A DNA stretch of 64,000 nt from Octopus bimaculoides (taxonomy: Eukaryota), in the NCBI RefSeq assembly GCF_001194135.2, contig NC_068984.1, positions 34,134,271 through 34,198,270 on the forward strand. Direction: 5' to 3'. Both the position numbers and the translations under genes were made by a program. Shown in pieces: positions 25,065 through 37,040 of this stretch. Under the pieces are notes generated by a model that searched no databases, was not told the origin of the DNA, and saw only the letters and a program-made list of their open reading frames with translations. The stretch's first letter is position 1. The number at the start of each line of letters is the position of its first letter.

Positions 25065-25589
25065 CCCGCTTTTCACTTCTGTTTTTTCTCTCAGTCTCTC
25101 TGATTTTTGTAATATGAGTGCTTTGTAAGCTGCTTGCTAGGATTATCCATTAGTTCGATTAATGATTTCCTCAGATTGAAGATTTTGGTGCAAGGATTAT
25201 TTTAAAATATGATGGAAGGAACATATTAGCAGCAAGTCTCTGAAATAACATGGAGCAAGCATTAAGCTTATGGTTTTGTAAATTTAAGTTCCAAATCCTC
25301 CACCTCCATCATCATTCTCTTTACTCCAATACTTTTTGCAGTAACAGAGAGATGCAAGCTCAGATATTAATGATACCTGCACTGTATCTTTCATGAGTCT
25401 GAGTAGCTTAGAGTTCATTGCTCTCATTCACAAATGGGAGACATTTTATCATGAAAAACATGTTTTAGGTATATTGGAAAGAATACTGTCTTTGCAGAAG
25501 ACTTCATATTCTTGGAAGTTCAGAATCCATAACAACAAGTTTCACAACTTGGGTTTATATTGATAAAAACCTGACAGTTTTGTTATCTT

Positions 25590-26655
25590 TTATCTTTTAC
25601 ATGTTTCAGTCATTAGACTGCGGCTATGCTTGGACACCATCTTGAAATATTTTTTTCAAAAAATTTGACCTCAATACTTATTTTTTTAAAGCCTGGCACT
25701 TTTGCTTCTTTTGTCAAACTGCTAAGTTGCAGGAGCATAAATGCAGCATCACCACTGGTGGTGGGGAAGAAACACAGACTCAAAGACATGCACACATGCA
25801 CAAATATCTATCTATCTACATATATATATCATCATCATCATCATCATCGTTTAACGTCCGCTTTCCATGCTAGCATGGGTTGGACGATTTGACTGAGGAC
25901 TGGTGAAACCGGATGGCAACACCAGGCTCCAGTCTGATTTGGCAGAGTTTCTACAGCTGGATGCCCTTCCTAACGCCAACCACTCAGAGAGTGTAGTGGG
26001 TGCTTTTACGTGTCACCCGCACGAAAACGGCCACGCTCGAAATGGTGTCTTTTATGTGCCACCCGCACAAGCCAGTCCAGGGGCACTGGCAACGATCTCG
26101 CTCGAAAATCCTACAGGAGCCAGTCAGGCGGTACTGGCAACGGCCACGCTCAAAATGGTGCATCTCATGTGCCACCCGCACAAGAACCAGTCCAGGGGCA
26201 CTGGCAACGATCTTACTTGGCTTGCCGGGTCTTCTCACGCACAGCCCATTTCCAAAGGTCTCGGTCCGTAGTCATCGCCTCGGTGATATACATCATTTGT
26301 AGAAATACATAAATCCAGAGGAGAAGCATACTCTAAGATGTAGACCAGTTAATATTATAGAGAGGTAAGCTTATTTATGGGGTTTCTCATTCATAAGGGG
26401 TTTAGCCCTAAGACATATCTTCACAACCCAAACACTGCTGGCCTGAGACCTTTTTAAAATATGGAAGCCTCATTTTTAAGGATAAAACCCTAGGTGATTA
26501 TCTCCCTTTGCCATTGGCCAATGATCTTCAGCCGCCCTGCTATCTTGAGGTCACCAAAGGACCATGAAGGTAAATGATTGTTTCCTTTCAGCCTTGGAAT
26601 TTTCTAAAATGCAGGCATGGTCCAAAAATCTTCATCCTGGCCAATGATAATGATG

Positions 26656-26710
<55 letters not shown>

Positions 26711-26880
26711 GGTGGATGGTGGATGTCTTGCCATTTCTGCCTCTGAAATCCACTCATAAGACTTTGGTAAGCCTTAAGCTACAGTAGAAGACACTTGCCC
26801 AATGTGCCTCACAGTGGGACTGAACCTAAAACCATATTGCCGTGAAACAAATTTCTTATCACACAGCTATGCCTGCATCT
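25590..26880 (-). mobile_element. SINE family A split by nested insertions
   Basis: Tail half at 25590-25800 and head half at about 26745-26880, separated by an RTE 3' end and an unassigned (gat)n-tailed piece. Confidence 0.7.
25826..26287 (-). mobile_element. RTE LINE 3' end including the last ORF2 codons
   Basis: 26285-26217 reads TEAMTTDRDLWKWAVREKTRQAK*, directly followed by the module array and (gat)n tail; CCATGCTAGCATGG at 25865-25878. Confidence 0.9.
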
Positions 26881-27289
26881 TATAACAAGTGTTTTAAAAA
26901 AAATTTTTTTAAGTTTATATTGATGGGATCAAATTTTAATTGATGAATTATTATAGATAGTACTGTGTTAGGGTAATGTGTTTAGTTAATTACATAGATA
27001 TAATTATATTGGCAGTATTTAGATTATAAACCTGAGCAAGAAAAAAGTCAACATTCACCCTAATAGGATTTCAGATCATTAATCTATAAGTGAGAAAAAA
27101 AGAAAAAATACTGTGAAGCATTACAGCCTGAAACTCTATCAATTCTGCTGATTCATCGTCAACATATACATAGAATATATTATTAATGATGAAAAATGTT
27201 GTGGCAATGATGATTATTGTAATTTCAAATAAATTGAAAACCAAAGCTCATTTCATTTGATATTGATTTCCATTATGCAGTTTGAAGTG

Positions 27290-27727
27290 TAGCTAGGTGC
27301 AGATGTGACTGCATGGTAAGGAATTTGCTTCCTAACAACATTGTTTGGGATTTAGTCACAGTACTTGGCTCCTAGATCAGGTGTTTATCTATTATAGCTC
27401 CAAGCTGTTCGAAGCCTTGCAAACTGATTTGGTTGGTTGGAACTGAAAGAAGACTGTTGTGTGTGTGTGTGTGGGGGGGGGGAGTATTACTGTTTTCTTG
27501 CGTTGACATAGTGTGATAGTTGTAAATGGATGTCACTGTGATGCAAGACGTGTCATTTGTTTCCAGTCTACATAAAAACATGTCTGGTCATGGAAAAATA
27601 TTATGCTACCTGGAAACAGGTAAGGGTCGAGCAAAAGAAAGCGCATCCAGCCATAGAACATCTACCTCAATAAATTCTGTCTAAGCCATGTAAGCAAGGA
27701 AAAGTGGATGTTAAATGATGATGATTA
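27290..27727 (+). mobile_element. SINE with family A head and an RTE-like tail
   Basis: A-type head and body to (GT)n, then a different body ending agcgcatccagccatagaa..ccatgtaagcaagg..gttaaatgatgatgat. Confidence 0.65.
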
Positions 27728-27799
27728 TTAAAAAGTGTCACATTGTTTAGTTCTGTTATTTCTGCCCCAACAATTATTGATATCCTAGACATCTCAGGT

Positions 27800-28215
27800 A
27801 AAGTTCCCTATGGAATATTGTTTTCTTACCTGGAACATGCTGCTGTTGCTGAAATTGCAGACATTCTAGACCATATCCAGAAAATGGCCACCCAACTGAC
27901 TATCATAATGATCCCTTTCACACACACTTTCAAAAACCTCTCTCTGTCTTACTTTAGCCACTGATATTATTATGGCCTCTGCTCCTCAGAATTTGCTGTG
28001 CTCATTCATCTCCATTCAAGCATTCCTCTTCCTATTCCTTTTGCCTCACCTCCACTGATCACCATTTTAATGTTCAAACACTCCAAGCTTTATTCTATTT
28101 CTACATCCAGCCTTTCCTTTACAGAATGTCAGTCCTCTGGAATTCCTTCCATATTCATATCTTCCTTGCAGGTGTTGGTTTATAAAGGCTCTAAAGAAAC
28201 ATTAAGGATGTCAAT
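27800..28215 (+). mobile_element. CR1/L2-type LINE ORF2 3' end (decayed)
   Basis: DILDHIQKMA..YYYGLCSSEFAVLI..RMSVLWNSF resembles the CR1/L2 pattern LDRIQK.A..YYHG.CSSELA..RT..LWNSLP. Confidence 0.65.
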
Positions 28216-28399
28216 CTCACTTGTCTAGCAGAACCAACGAAGGCTATGGACACAACTTCATCATCCAGACTCAGCAATGAGTTCTAAAATTCAAATATAA
28301 TTGCTTTATATATTTACTTATTATGCCATGCTTGAGAAGACCTATTGTGTCAAGTACATCAAAATCAAAATCAAATCAAATCACAATCAAATGGAAATT

Positions 28400-28668
28400 G
28401 TAGTTGTGCTCCCCGTGCCGGCAGCATATAAAAAGTACCATCCAATTATAGTCGATGCCAGCCCTCTCTGGTGCCTTTGCTGGTGGCATGTAAAAAATGC
28501 ATTCACTACACTCTTGGAGTGGTTGGCATTAAGAAGGGCATCCAGGTGTAGAAATACTGCCAGATCAGACTGGAGTCTGGTGCAGCATCCTGGCTTCCCA
28601 GACCCCAGTCGAACCGTCCAACCCATGCCAGTATGGAAAACGGACGTTAAACAATGATGATGATGATT
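28400..28668 (+). mobile_element. RTE LINE 3' tail
   Basis: gagtggttggcattaagaagggcatcc..ccatgccagtatggaaaacggacgttaaacaatgatgatg. Confidence 0.82.
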
Positions 28669-29139
28669 TATATATTCTTATGTTACATTTAAGGAATAAG
28701 TATGTAGTACTATTATTTTGCTTTTGTTCTATTGAGACTGTTGTTGTTTATGGCAGGTTAAACATGAGTAAAATATAAGGAAATAGGGATAAGAAGAACA
28801 TTCTAGAGTGATAGATTGTTAGTAGTTTGGGATAAATTAAATAAGGTTGTTGTTTGGAGATGAAAAGATGAATAAGGTTTCTAAATGTAATCAATTTTAT
28901 TAATGTTCATCTGCTGGAAGTGACAAGTTGTAATAATACTAAATTCTAAGTGCATATGCTATGCTATATACTTACCATTAATTTATTGGAAGATAGTTTT
29001 CATTTTGTATGTTACCTAGCAATATTGGAAATAGGTGGTAATAGCAGGTGGAAACCTTCCTCCAAAACAATGAGGTTTATCTTAATGGAATAACTGGATA
29101 TTTGTGTAATTTGTTTTTCAATGTGTATCATGTAAGGTC

Positions 29140-30220
29140 ATATGTAAACTAGAACAGAATGAAGCTAGTGTGCTCTGATGAATATGCAATGTGCTTGTGT
29201 ATTGAGAGAAAATTTAGACGAGAAGAATTAGTTGTAATATGCGAGAGAGAAGACTGCACTGGTTTAGTCATATGATGCATAAGGATGAGGACAATTGCAT
29301 AAAGATATGTCAATCATTTAAAGTGGATGGAACTTATGGAAAAGGAAAATCTGGGAAGACATGGGATGAATTATTAAAAGCCAATCTCCGGATGCTGAGC
29401 CTTATAGAGGAGATGACAAAGGACTAAGATTATTGACGTTTTGTGGTACTTGAGAAAACTCATTCACCACAGCAGAAATAATATCCTGAAACCACCATGG
29501 TTATGCTTATATGTGCAAGTCCCTGCTACTGCCACTAATCTTTCTACCCTGCCAAGCATTTCCTCCACGTCTCAACTCCTAATACTCATCATTTCTCTAA
29601 TAATGAGACTACACAGCTGCTGTAATCATCTGAAAGCAGAATAGGCACATACTATATCCCTTCCTTTTTGGTCACTTTCCTTCCCCACCATTGGAACCAC
29701 TTCCATTTCTCGTTAACTTTCCAGCTCACAATTACCACCAATCATCTCCTTTCTGTGTCTTCAGCCATTGTTCTCTCCCCTCTGTTATACTCTACCCTTA
29801 AAAGCTCTATTGTCTGCTATCACCATCAGTGCCTTCACATATCTACCATAGCCCCACTGGGCCACTACTATATTTCCCCATTACTTGCTGCAGCCACCTT
29901 TATGCCATCTCTAACTATCTCTCCTCACACTCTTATGAAACTGCCCCTTCTATCTCCCCTATCCAATCACCCAGTCCAATCCTCTGTACCATTTATATTC
30001 ACTCCCCACTCTATCCTGAGGATATACCACGACATACTCCCACCACCATCTCTCTTTCTGTTTATCTTTTCCCCTAACTCTCTGTTTCTCTCTTTTCCAA
30101 CAGCAGTAGTCATGTCATCTCTGCAGCAAAACACCTATCTCTATCCCTCTAATATACCTTTTCATCCTCTCATCAACTGGCACAAAGCCATCTATCTCAA
30201 TACTACTCTACTTCCCAGTT
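29140..30220 (+). mobile_element. RTE ORF2 C-terminus followed by a pyrimidine-rich presumed 3' UTR
   Basis: MRERRLHWFSHMMHKDEDNCIKICQSFKVDGTYGKGKSGKTWDELLKANL matches RTE R.RRL.W.GHV...G.R.RGRP.KTW. UTR extent uncertain. Confidence 0.7.
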
Positions 30221-30231
30221 GAGAGGTATTT

Positions 30232-30645
30232 GTCATCGTCATCGTCCTCATCATCATCATCATCATCATCCTTTGGTGTCTGCTTTCCAGCTGGGTTAGA
30301 CAGCTTGACTGGGACTGGTAAACCAGAGAGCTGCACCAGGTTCCTGTCTGATATGGCATGGTTTCTACTACTGGATGCCCTTCCTAACACCAACCACTCC
30401 AAGAGAGTAATGGGTGCTTTTTATGTGCCATGACCCCATTGGTGCTGGTGCCATATAAAATGCACCCACTGCATATATTAAATGTTTGGAGTTAAGAAGA
30501 GCATCCAACCATAAAAACTATGCCAAAGCGGACAGCAGAGCCACAGCACAGTGCTCTGACTTATCAGCTCTTGTCAACCCATCCAACTCATGCCAGGATG
30601 CAAAATCGTTGATAAATTATAACGGTGATGATAATAATGGTGTGA
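30232..30645. mobile_element. Divergent pair of RTE tails (minus 30232-30430, plus 30447-30645)
   Basis: (cat)n tail at left, (gat)n-like tail at right; each contains the gcatcc motif in opposite orientation. Confidence 0.7.
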
Positions 30646-32931
30646 TGATCCTACTTAAATGGAAACAAAAATTCATTCATGGGTAGAGTTCAAAAATTTG
30701 AATGTAATTTCTCTCTTGAACACAATTCCTCAATTTATCAATCTTGGTTTTTGATTTCATTCTTTGTTTTAACTACACATTTTTATTTTTTGCAAGAAGT
30801 GTGGCTGTAATTGATCATCTCTCTTCATCTCTGTACCTAGAAAAGAGTATGATGATCATGTGAAACCTGTGATAATCAATAATTAGTGTGTAATATTGTG
30901 TGTTTGCACTCTTCAATAACTTCACCGAGAGCTACATCCTTTCAATAATGATATCATTTAAGGGTGTTTCCCCCTCATCACCTCTCCTCTACCCTACACT
31001 CTTTCTCTTAATAGGCAGTTTTTTTTTCTCCTACTTGATGGGCAGAGAAGAAAGTACATATTTTGACTAGTTTTCTGTTTGCTGATTTAATGAAGTGGAA
31101 AAGTGAAAATCAACTATTAAGTGATCATGTTTCCTTTAAAATAATGAGGATCCTCATTTACAGAAAACTCTTGAATTGAAAATTAATTAATAATTTAGGA
31201 GAGATTATGTCAGTATACATGCCAGAGTGACTGATGACATTTTTTTGTTTCCTTTGCACTAACAGTTTTAACTGAACTTCATTCAAATTGTAAACACTTT
31301 AAAATATGCATCATGTACTTACTAATGTGTTTATTTCTTTCCCTTTTTTTTTTATTTTTAAGCATTGTGGATATTTCATTTATTTTCTTATCTCTTTTCA
31401 TTATATTCTAGTTATGAAAGCTTTCACTCAAGCTTAAAGAACTTTCATTATGTTGGCATTCAAGTTGTGTTGTCTTTTCACATTGCTTTCCTGCTAGTTA
31501 TTTCATGAGTCAACAAGCAGCCAAAAATAAATGGGAAGCTAAACTGTTAAACTGAAAGTGTAATGAAATAAAGTAGAAGTATTGTGGGTGCCTAATGGAA
31601 AAAGAAAAGAAAAAAAAACTGAAAACAAAAGAAAAAATTCTTTATTAACTGAGCTCATGAATTGTAAGTTGTTTTTTCAAATCTTGGTAGTATTTCACTT
31701 CAGTATCCAAATTGGACAATTTGTACAAATATATAGATTAAACCAATGCTTTTTTTCCTTCTATATTTGCTATGTTGCACTGTCAACATTTGATTTAAAA
31801 AGAATCTTCTTTTCAATCCATTTTTCAACCTTCTTTTGCATTCTTGTAAACTTACCTGCCCACTCACTCAATCCAATCCCCTGTACTACTTGACTCACCA
31901 TCCACTGTAACTTGAACACATCTTCTTCATCATCTTCTCTCTCTTGCTACATTTTCTCTTTCTCTCTGGGGTGACCAGATATCTCCCTATTATACACTAA
32001 CCTCTCATCATCTGACACAAAACTACCTCCCTTAATGCCAGTCACCACTCAATTGAGGGGGACTTATCTTGTGAGATGTTGCTTCTGCTGGTACCAATTA
32101 AAATGCACCCAGTAAAATCTCCTTAAAGAGTTTGGCATTCGGAAGGGCATCCAGTCATAGAAATCATGACAAAGCAGACAGTAGAACTAGCCAAGTGCAG
32201 TCTTTAAATGATGATGATGATGGTGTTTAAATTTAGTTTAAATTTCTAAATGTTTGCTATTTAATTTTTGCTACTGACATTTTGCAGAAATTTGGAGTAA
32301 GATACATTATATCCTATAAATTTCATGTATATTGAACTGCATGTATTTTTGTTGAGACTCTGTTCTTAATAAATTGTTCTAAACAATTTATACGATGCTT
32401 TGGATTTAACACAGATAAAAACATCTTGCCCTGAGCAAAACACCAAACAGCAATACACAGTACAATAACAACATGTATACCACCAGTAATATAGAATTAG
32501 ACAGCATCTCTGAAAGTTGAAAGTAGGCTACCAGAATCATTCTCCCATGGTCAATGACAGTTTATTTGAATTTCAAACCATGGCTGAATGAACAAATGAA
32601 TACCAAATTCTCTTTAATGTCCGACAAGTGATTTGAGATGATATGTTGGTACAAGTACGAAACATTGACCTGAAAGACTGGCCAGTTAATACAAATATAA
32701 GAAAAGAGCTTTCCCAACTAGAATTGAATGTGTTCAATCAAATAGCAAGAAATTACCTAAAAGGTACCTAATCAAAGAGTATAAAAGCAACATCTGAGAC
32801 TTTAAATCTAAGAGAGAGACTAATACCCACATGTATAAGGATACACACACACACACGCACACACACACGCACACACACACACATATATAAGTATGCGTAT
32901 GCATGTATACATAAATATATATGTGTGTGTA

Positions 32932-32985
<54 letters not shown>

Positions 32986-33180
32986 TATACGTATATATAT
33001 ATGCCTATATACAAGCACACACACATATATATATGTCTATATGTGTATCTGTGTGTGTATATCCTTATGTGCATGAATGTATATACAAAAATAGGCATTA
33101 AATATACATATATGTGTATAGATGCAGGTATACACTCATACATTCACATATGGATATATACATGTATATTGATTTTACAT

Positions 33181-33375
33181 ATCATTATCATGGCTTGTGA
33201 CTTTAATGGACATATTGGGCAACACTATGATAGCTATTCCAATGTACATAGAGGCTATGGCTATGATACATGAACTGAAAAAGGTTCGAGCTCTTAGAGT
33301 TCTGTGATACAAATGATGTATTTGCAACATTAACTTCAGGAAACAGGTCAGCCACCTAATCACCTACGGCTCAGG
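33181..33375 (+). mobile_element. RTE APE endonuclease fragment
   Basis: IIIMACDFNGHIGQHYDSYSNVHRGYGYDT..EFCDTND..NINFRK..SHLITYGSG; GDFNGHVG..VHGG.G.G..LEFC..N..F.K..HL.TY.SG pattern. Confidence 0.85.
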
Positions 33376-33462
33376 TAAACATACAAGACAAATAGTCTTC
33401 TTTCTCATCATCATGAATCATGATCAACAGATAGTGGTAAATCTTTCCTTGATAAAGAATTA

Positions 33463-34030
33463 TCATTTAGCATGTGTTTTCCATGCTGGTATGGGTTGGA
33501 TGGTTTGACAGAAACTGGGGAATAAGAGGACTGTACCAAGCTCCTATGTCTGTGGCTGGATGCCCTTCCTGTCACCAACCACTTTACAGAGAGTACTGGA
33601 TGCTTTTCGCATAGTACTGGCAAGGCAACAATGCTCAAATGAGGGAAGAGGCTTTATGCCAAGTGATGAATGGTTGAAGTATAACAGAGAAAGGGGACAG
33701 ATATCTTATTGTAGATGAGTTATGGGATTAACTAGATGGAAAAGAAAACTGATGATGGTGAAGATGTATCAAAGCATGTTCTCAAGTTACAGGAAGAGGA
33801 ATAAAAGAGAAGTGATATGGGTGGGTAAGTAAGTTCATGGGAGAAAGAGAGGTGAGTGGCAGAAGGATTGAGATGAAGATAGAGGGAAATGATGAATATG
33901 AGTGGAATCATAGTCAATCATGGATATCAGTTGTAGGGGAAGGCAGAGAGGAAATAGGTGGCAGTAAAGATGATTTGAAGTGTGAGGGGTGGTGTGCGAG
34001 ATGCATGAGAGAGGGTACATGAACTGGAAA
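33463..34030 (-). mobile_element. RTE tail plus pyrimidine-rich UTR (antisense)
   Basis: atcatttagc..ccatgctggtatgggttgg..ggatgcccttcctg..; purine-rich continuation. Left part is solid, right boundary uncertain. Confidence 0.65.
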
Positions 34031-34203
34031 TTCCCTGGCTGGTGAGCCTATAGGATGAGATAACGACAGAACAGGGCTAGGCTTACAATATTCCATCAAG
34101 GACAGCAGCTGGAGAGAACAAACAAGTTCATCATCAAGTAAAATACACATTTGATTTTGTACTCTATCAAGAGTTGACAGTACATGTTTAGAAAAACTCA
34201 AAA

Positions 34204-34425
34204 TTTACTCTTTACTCTTTTACTCTTTTACTTGTTTCAGTCATTTGACTGTGGCCATGCTGGAGCACTGCCTTTAGCCGAGAAAATTGACCCTGGGACT
34301 TATTCTTTGTAAGCCTAGTACTTATTCTATCGGTCTCTTTTTGCCGAACCGCTAAGTAACGGGGACATAAACACACCAGCATCGGTTGTCAAGCGATGGG
34401 GGGGGGGACAAACACAGACACACAA

Positions 34426-34474
<49 letters not shown>

Positions 34475-34639
34475 TACGACGGTCTTCTTTCAGTTTCCGT
34501 CTACCAAATCCACTCACAAGGCTTTGGTCAGCCCAAAGCTATAGTAGAAGACACTTGCCCAAGGTGCCATGTAGTGGGACTGAACCCGGAACCATATGGT
34601 TGGTAACAAGCTACTTACCACACAGCCACTCCTGCACCT
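34204..34639 (-). mobile_element. SINE family A, full length, low divergence
   Basis: (tttactc)n tail through cttaccacacagccactcctgcacct. Confidence 0.92.
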
Positions 34640-34859
34640 AATGTTCAAATAGTTTTATGTTTGGGGAGGAGATCTAAGGTCTTGTAATAATACTATAGAG
34701 TTTCAGGTGTTTAAAATTTGTGAAGTGGGTATATAATTCAAACTACTCCCCTAGCAACAGGTGAAAGATAATGATAAACTCTTGCAACAGCAAGAGTGGA
34801 AAGCACATAACACAGCCTGAATCTCAGAGCATTTTGGTTCCATTCTGCTTTGCAAATTC

Positions 34860-34890
34860 TACAGGGTGTCCACAAGGTCTGGGTACATGG
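34860..34890 (+). mobile_element. Isolated Tc1/mariner-type terminal repeat
   Basis: TA + CAGGGTGTCCACAAGGTCTGGGTACATGG; no partner TIR found in the window. Confidence 0.45.
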
Positions 34891-35157
34891 AGTAAATAAA
34901 ATCATAACATAAACAATTAAATATAAGAAATAATAATTTCTTAAAGTAGATATAGTCATTCTTTGAATAATAATTTATTTTTGCCTGACTAAATTATTGC
35001 TGCTCACACAACATTTTAGGTTTTCCAGGACTGTGCAGACTTATTATCAAAGGCATTCCAGCCGTGACCCTCCTGTTTTTTTAGGAATATGTCCAGCATT
35101 ACCTTAGCCCTTTTGTCCATTGCAAATTTCAAATTGCAGGATGTGTTTGCAGACTGT

Positions 35158-35220
35158 TATTTCTAGTTGGTTGCTATTTCTAGTTGGTTGCTATTTCTAG
35201 TTGGTTGCTATTTCTATTGG
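35158..35220. repeat. 17-bp tandem repeat x3.7
   Basis: tatttctagttggttgc at 35158, 35175, 35192, partial at 35209. Confidence 0.9.
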
Positions 35221-35614
35221 TACATAAAACACCCTTAGAATCTCATTCTCTTTTTATTTGTGTGTATGTTGTTTATTTGTGTCAACCTTTATTTCGTAAC
35301 CTAAAAAAAGAATGCTGAAATAAGTTGCATAAAGGCTACAGTGGTGACACAACATCTCATTCAGTCACAATTTATTGATGAAATAACTGTTTATTAGCTC
35401 CTGGTATGTTAGCTTAAATCAAATAGATCTACAATCAAAGATATTCAAGTCATTACCATCTCAGGGAGTTTTTTTTTCTTTGTAATGGGGGGTTATACAA
35501 GAGACCACATCTTCCAATATATCTTTCTTTAGGCAAGTGTAATTCGAGGAAGATTTGGTTGTTATTTCTTTCAAGTTGTCTAAGTACATAGAGACTCTCT
35601 TACATTCAACTCTG

Positions 35615-35698
35615 TGCATGTGTGCATGTGTGAGTGTATGTATATGTGTGTGTGTGCAAGAGAGAGAGAGAGAAAGAGAGGGAGAGTGAGAGAGAGAA

Positions 35699-35743
<45 letters not shown>

Positions 35744-35757
35744 GAGAGAGAGAGAGT

Positions 35758-35791
<34 letters not shown>

Positions 35792-35795
35792 GAAA
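35615..35795. repeat. (GT)n/(GA)n/(GACA)n microsatellite
   Basis: Direct; explains the SLSL run in ORF 35461..36114. Confidence 0.95.
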
Positions 35796-35858
35796 GTGTG
35801 AGTAACTTAAGATTGCATGCATATTGTGTACAGTAAAGAAAATGTTGCTTTAACTCAC

Positions 35859-36146
35859 CATATAGAATCATTTTCTCCTGGTCACTTCCGAGATGATTAG
35901 AAGCAACACATGTATATTCTCCAAAGTCTGATATCTCTACTGCCCGTATCCTCAGGCTTAAAGTTATAGTGTGCTCATCTTCATTATATGCTTCTGCACG
36001 ATACTTCCATGAATTTTCTATTCTGTTAGAATTCTTTTCCCAGTGTGTTGCACCGAGTGGACTTGCTGTTACTGTACACTCAAGTATTGTCATTTTGCCA
36101 ATTTCTTGTCCCATTCTTTTATTACGAACTCGGACTTCAGGAGGGA
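35859..36146 (-). CDS. Internal coding exon of a lachesin/DIP (IgLON-like) Ig-superfamily adhesion gene; one I-set-like Ig domain, probably the third
   Basis: Acceptor ttttcttttcacAG (AG at 36148-36147) with a long pyrimidine tract; donor G|GTGAGT (35858-35853). 288 bp, phase 1-1. Translates xPPEVRVRNKRMGQEIGKMTILECTVTASPLGATHWEKNSNRIENSWKYRAEAYNEDEHTITLSLRIRAVEISDFGEYTCVASNHLGSDQEKMILY, with Ig B-strand Cys, C-strand Trp and DxGxYxCxAxN. Family assignment from remembered similarity to lachesin-like proteins. Confidence 0.92.
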
Positions 36147-37040
36147 CTGTGAAAAGAAAGGAAATGAAAAAAAGATTAAAGTAGGAATTTCATTTGGTTG
36201 CAATGTTACAATCATATGACTTTGTATAGCCTTGTATGCATATAAACATATTTTTATCAGATTATCTTCATGCTTCTATATTTCTTTTCGTCTAATCCAT
36301 CTCTTTGTCCCCACTCTCTCCCCACCTCAGTGCCACTTGCATTGCTTCACATCTCCTACTCTTACTGTATCCCATCACTTATCCATCTCTGCAGTTGCCT
36401 GTATCAGACACTACTCTAAATAACATTACCACTTACATCATACTACTGCGTCATACCTTCATTTGGCTGTCCTGACCCTTCTGATATCATTGCTCTCTCT
36501 TCTTATCCTCTCTTTATTCATCTAAGCTAATGTACACACTCTAGGTTATTGAGTACTCGTGGCACTTATACACTTGCTCCCACTCACACACTTCTAGTCT
36601 TGATACTTCCTCTCTCACCATTTTCTTCTGGTCTACTTATAACTCACAATATATTCTCTATGTGGCTCCCTGTACAAGGTTCCATTCATTGTGTATTGTT
36701 GTTACAGAGAAAAGCCAACAAAACATGTTCCCTCAAGAGTAATTGATGAGTAAGACAAACACTCTTGTGCTGGTAATGCAAAAAATGGTACTCAGTAAAC
36801 TCTGTAAACTTTAGGAAGGACATTCAGTCATAAAAGCCAAGTCAAATAACATACGAGCATTAATCAATGGGGACAGTAGAAGCTCTCAATTACCAGTGCC
36901 TCAGACTATGGCCCAATCCAACCTTTATCATCATGAAAAGTATATATAAATAAAAATGAAAAATGATGCTGCTGCTGATGATTATACATGTGTGTGTATA
37001 CATACATACACACATACATACATACATACATACATACATA

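Noticed and set aside
35461-36114. 217-aa ORF as a single-exon gene
   Set aside because: Only 36114-35859 is Ig coding. It reads through a consensus donor into microsatellite, and the true exon starts upstream at 36146 without ATG.
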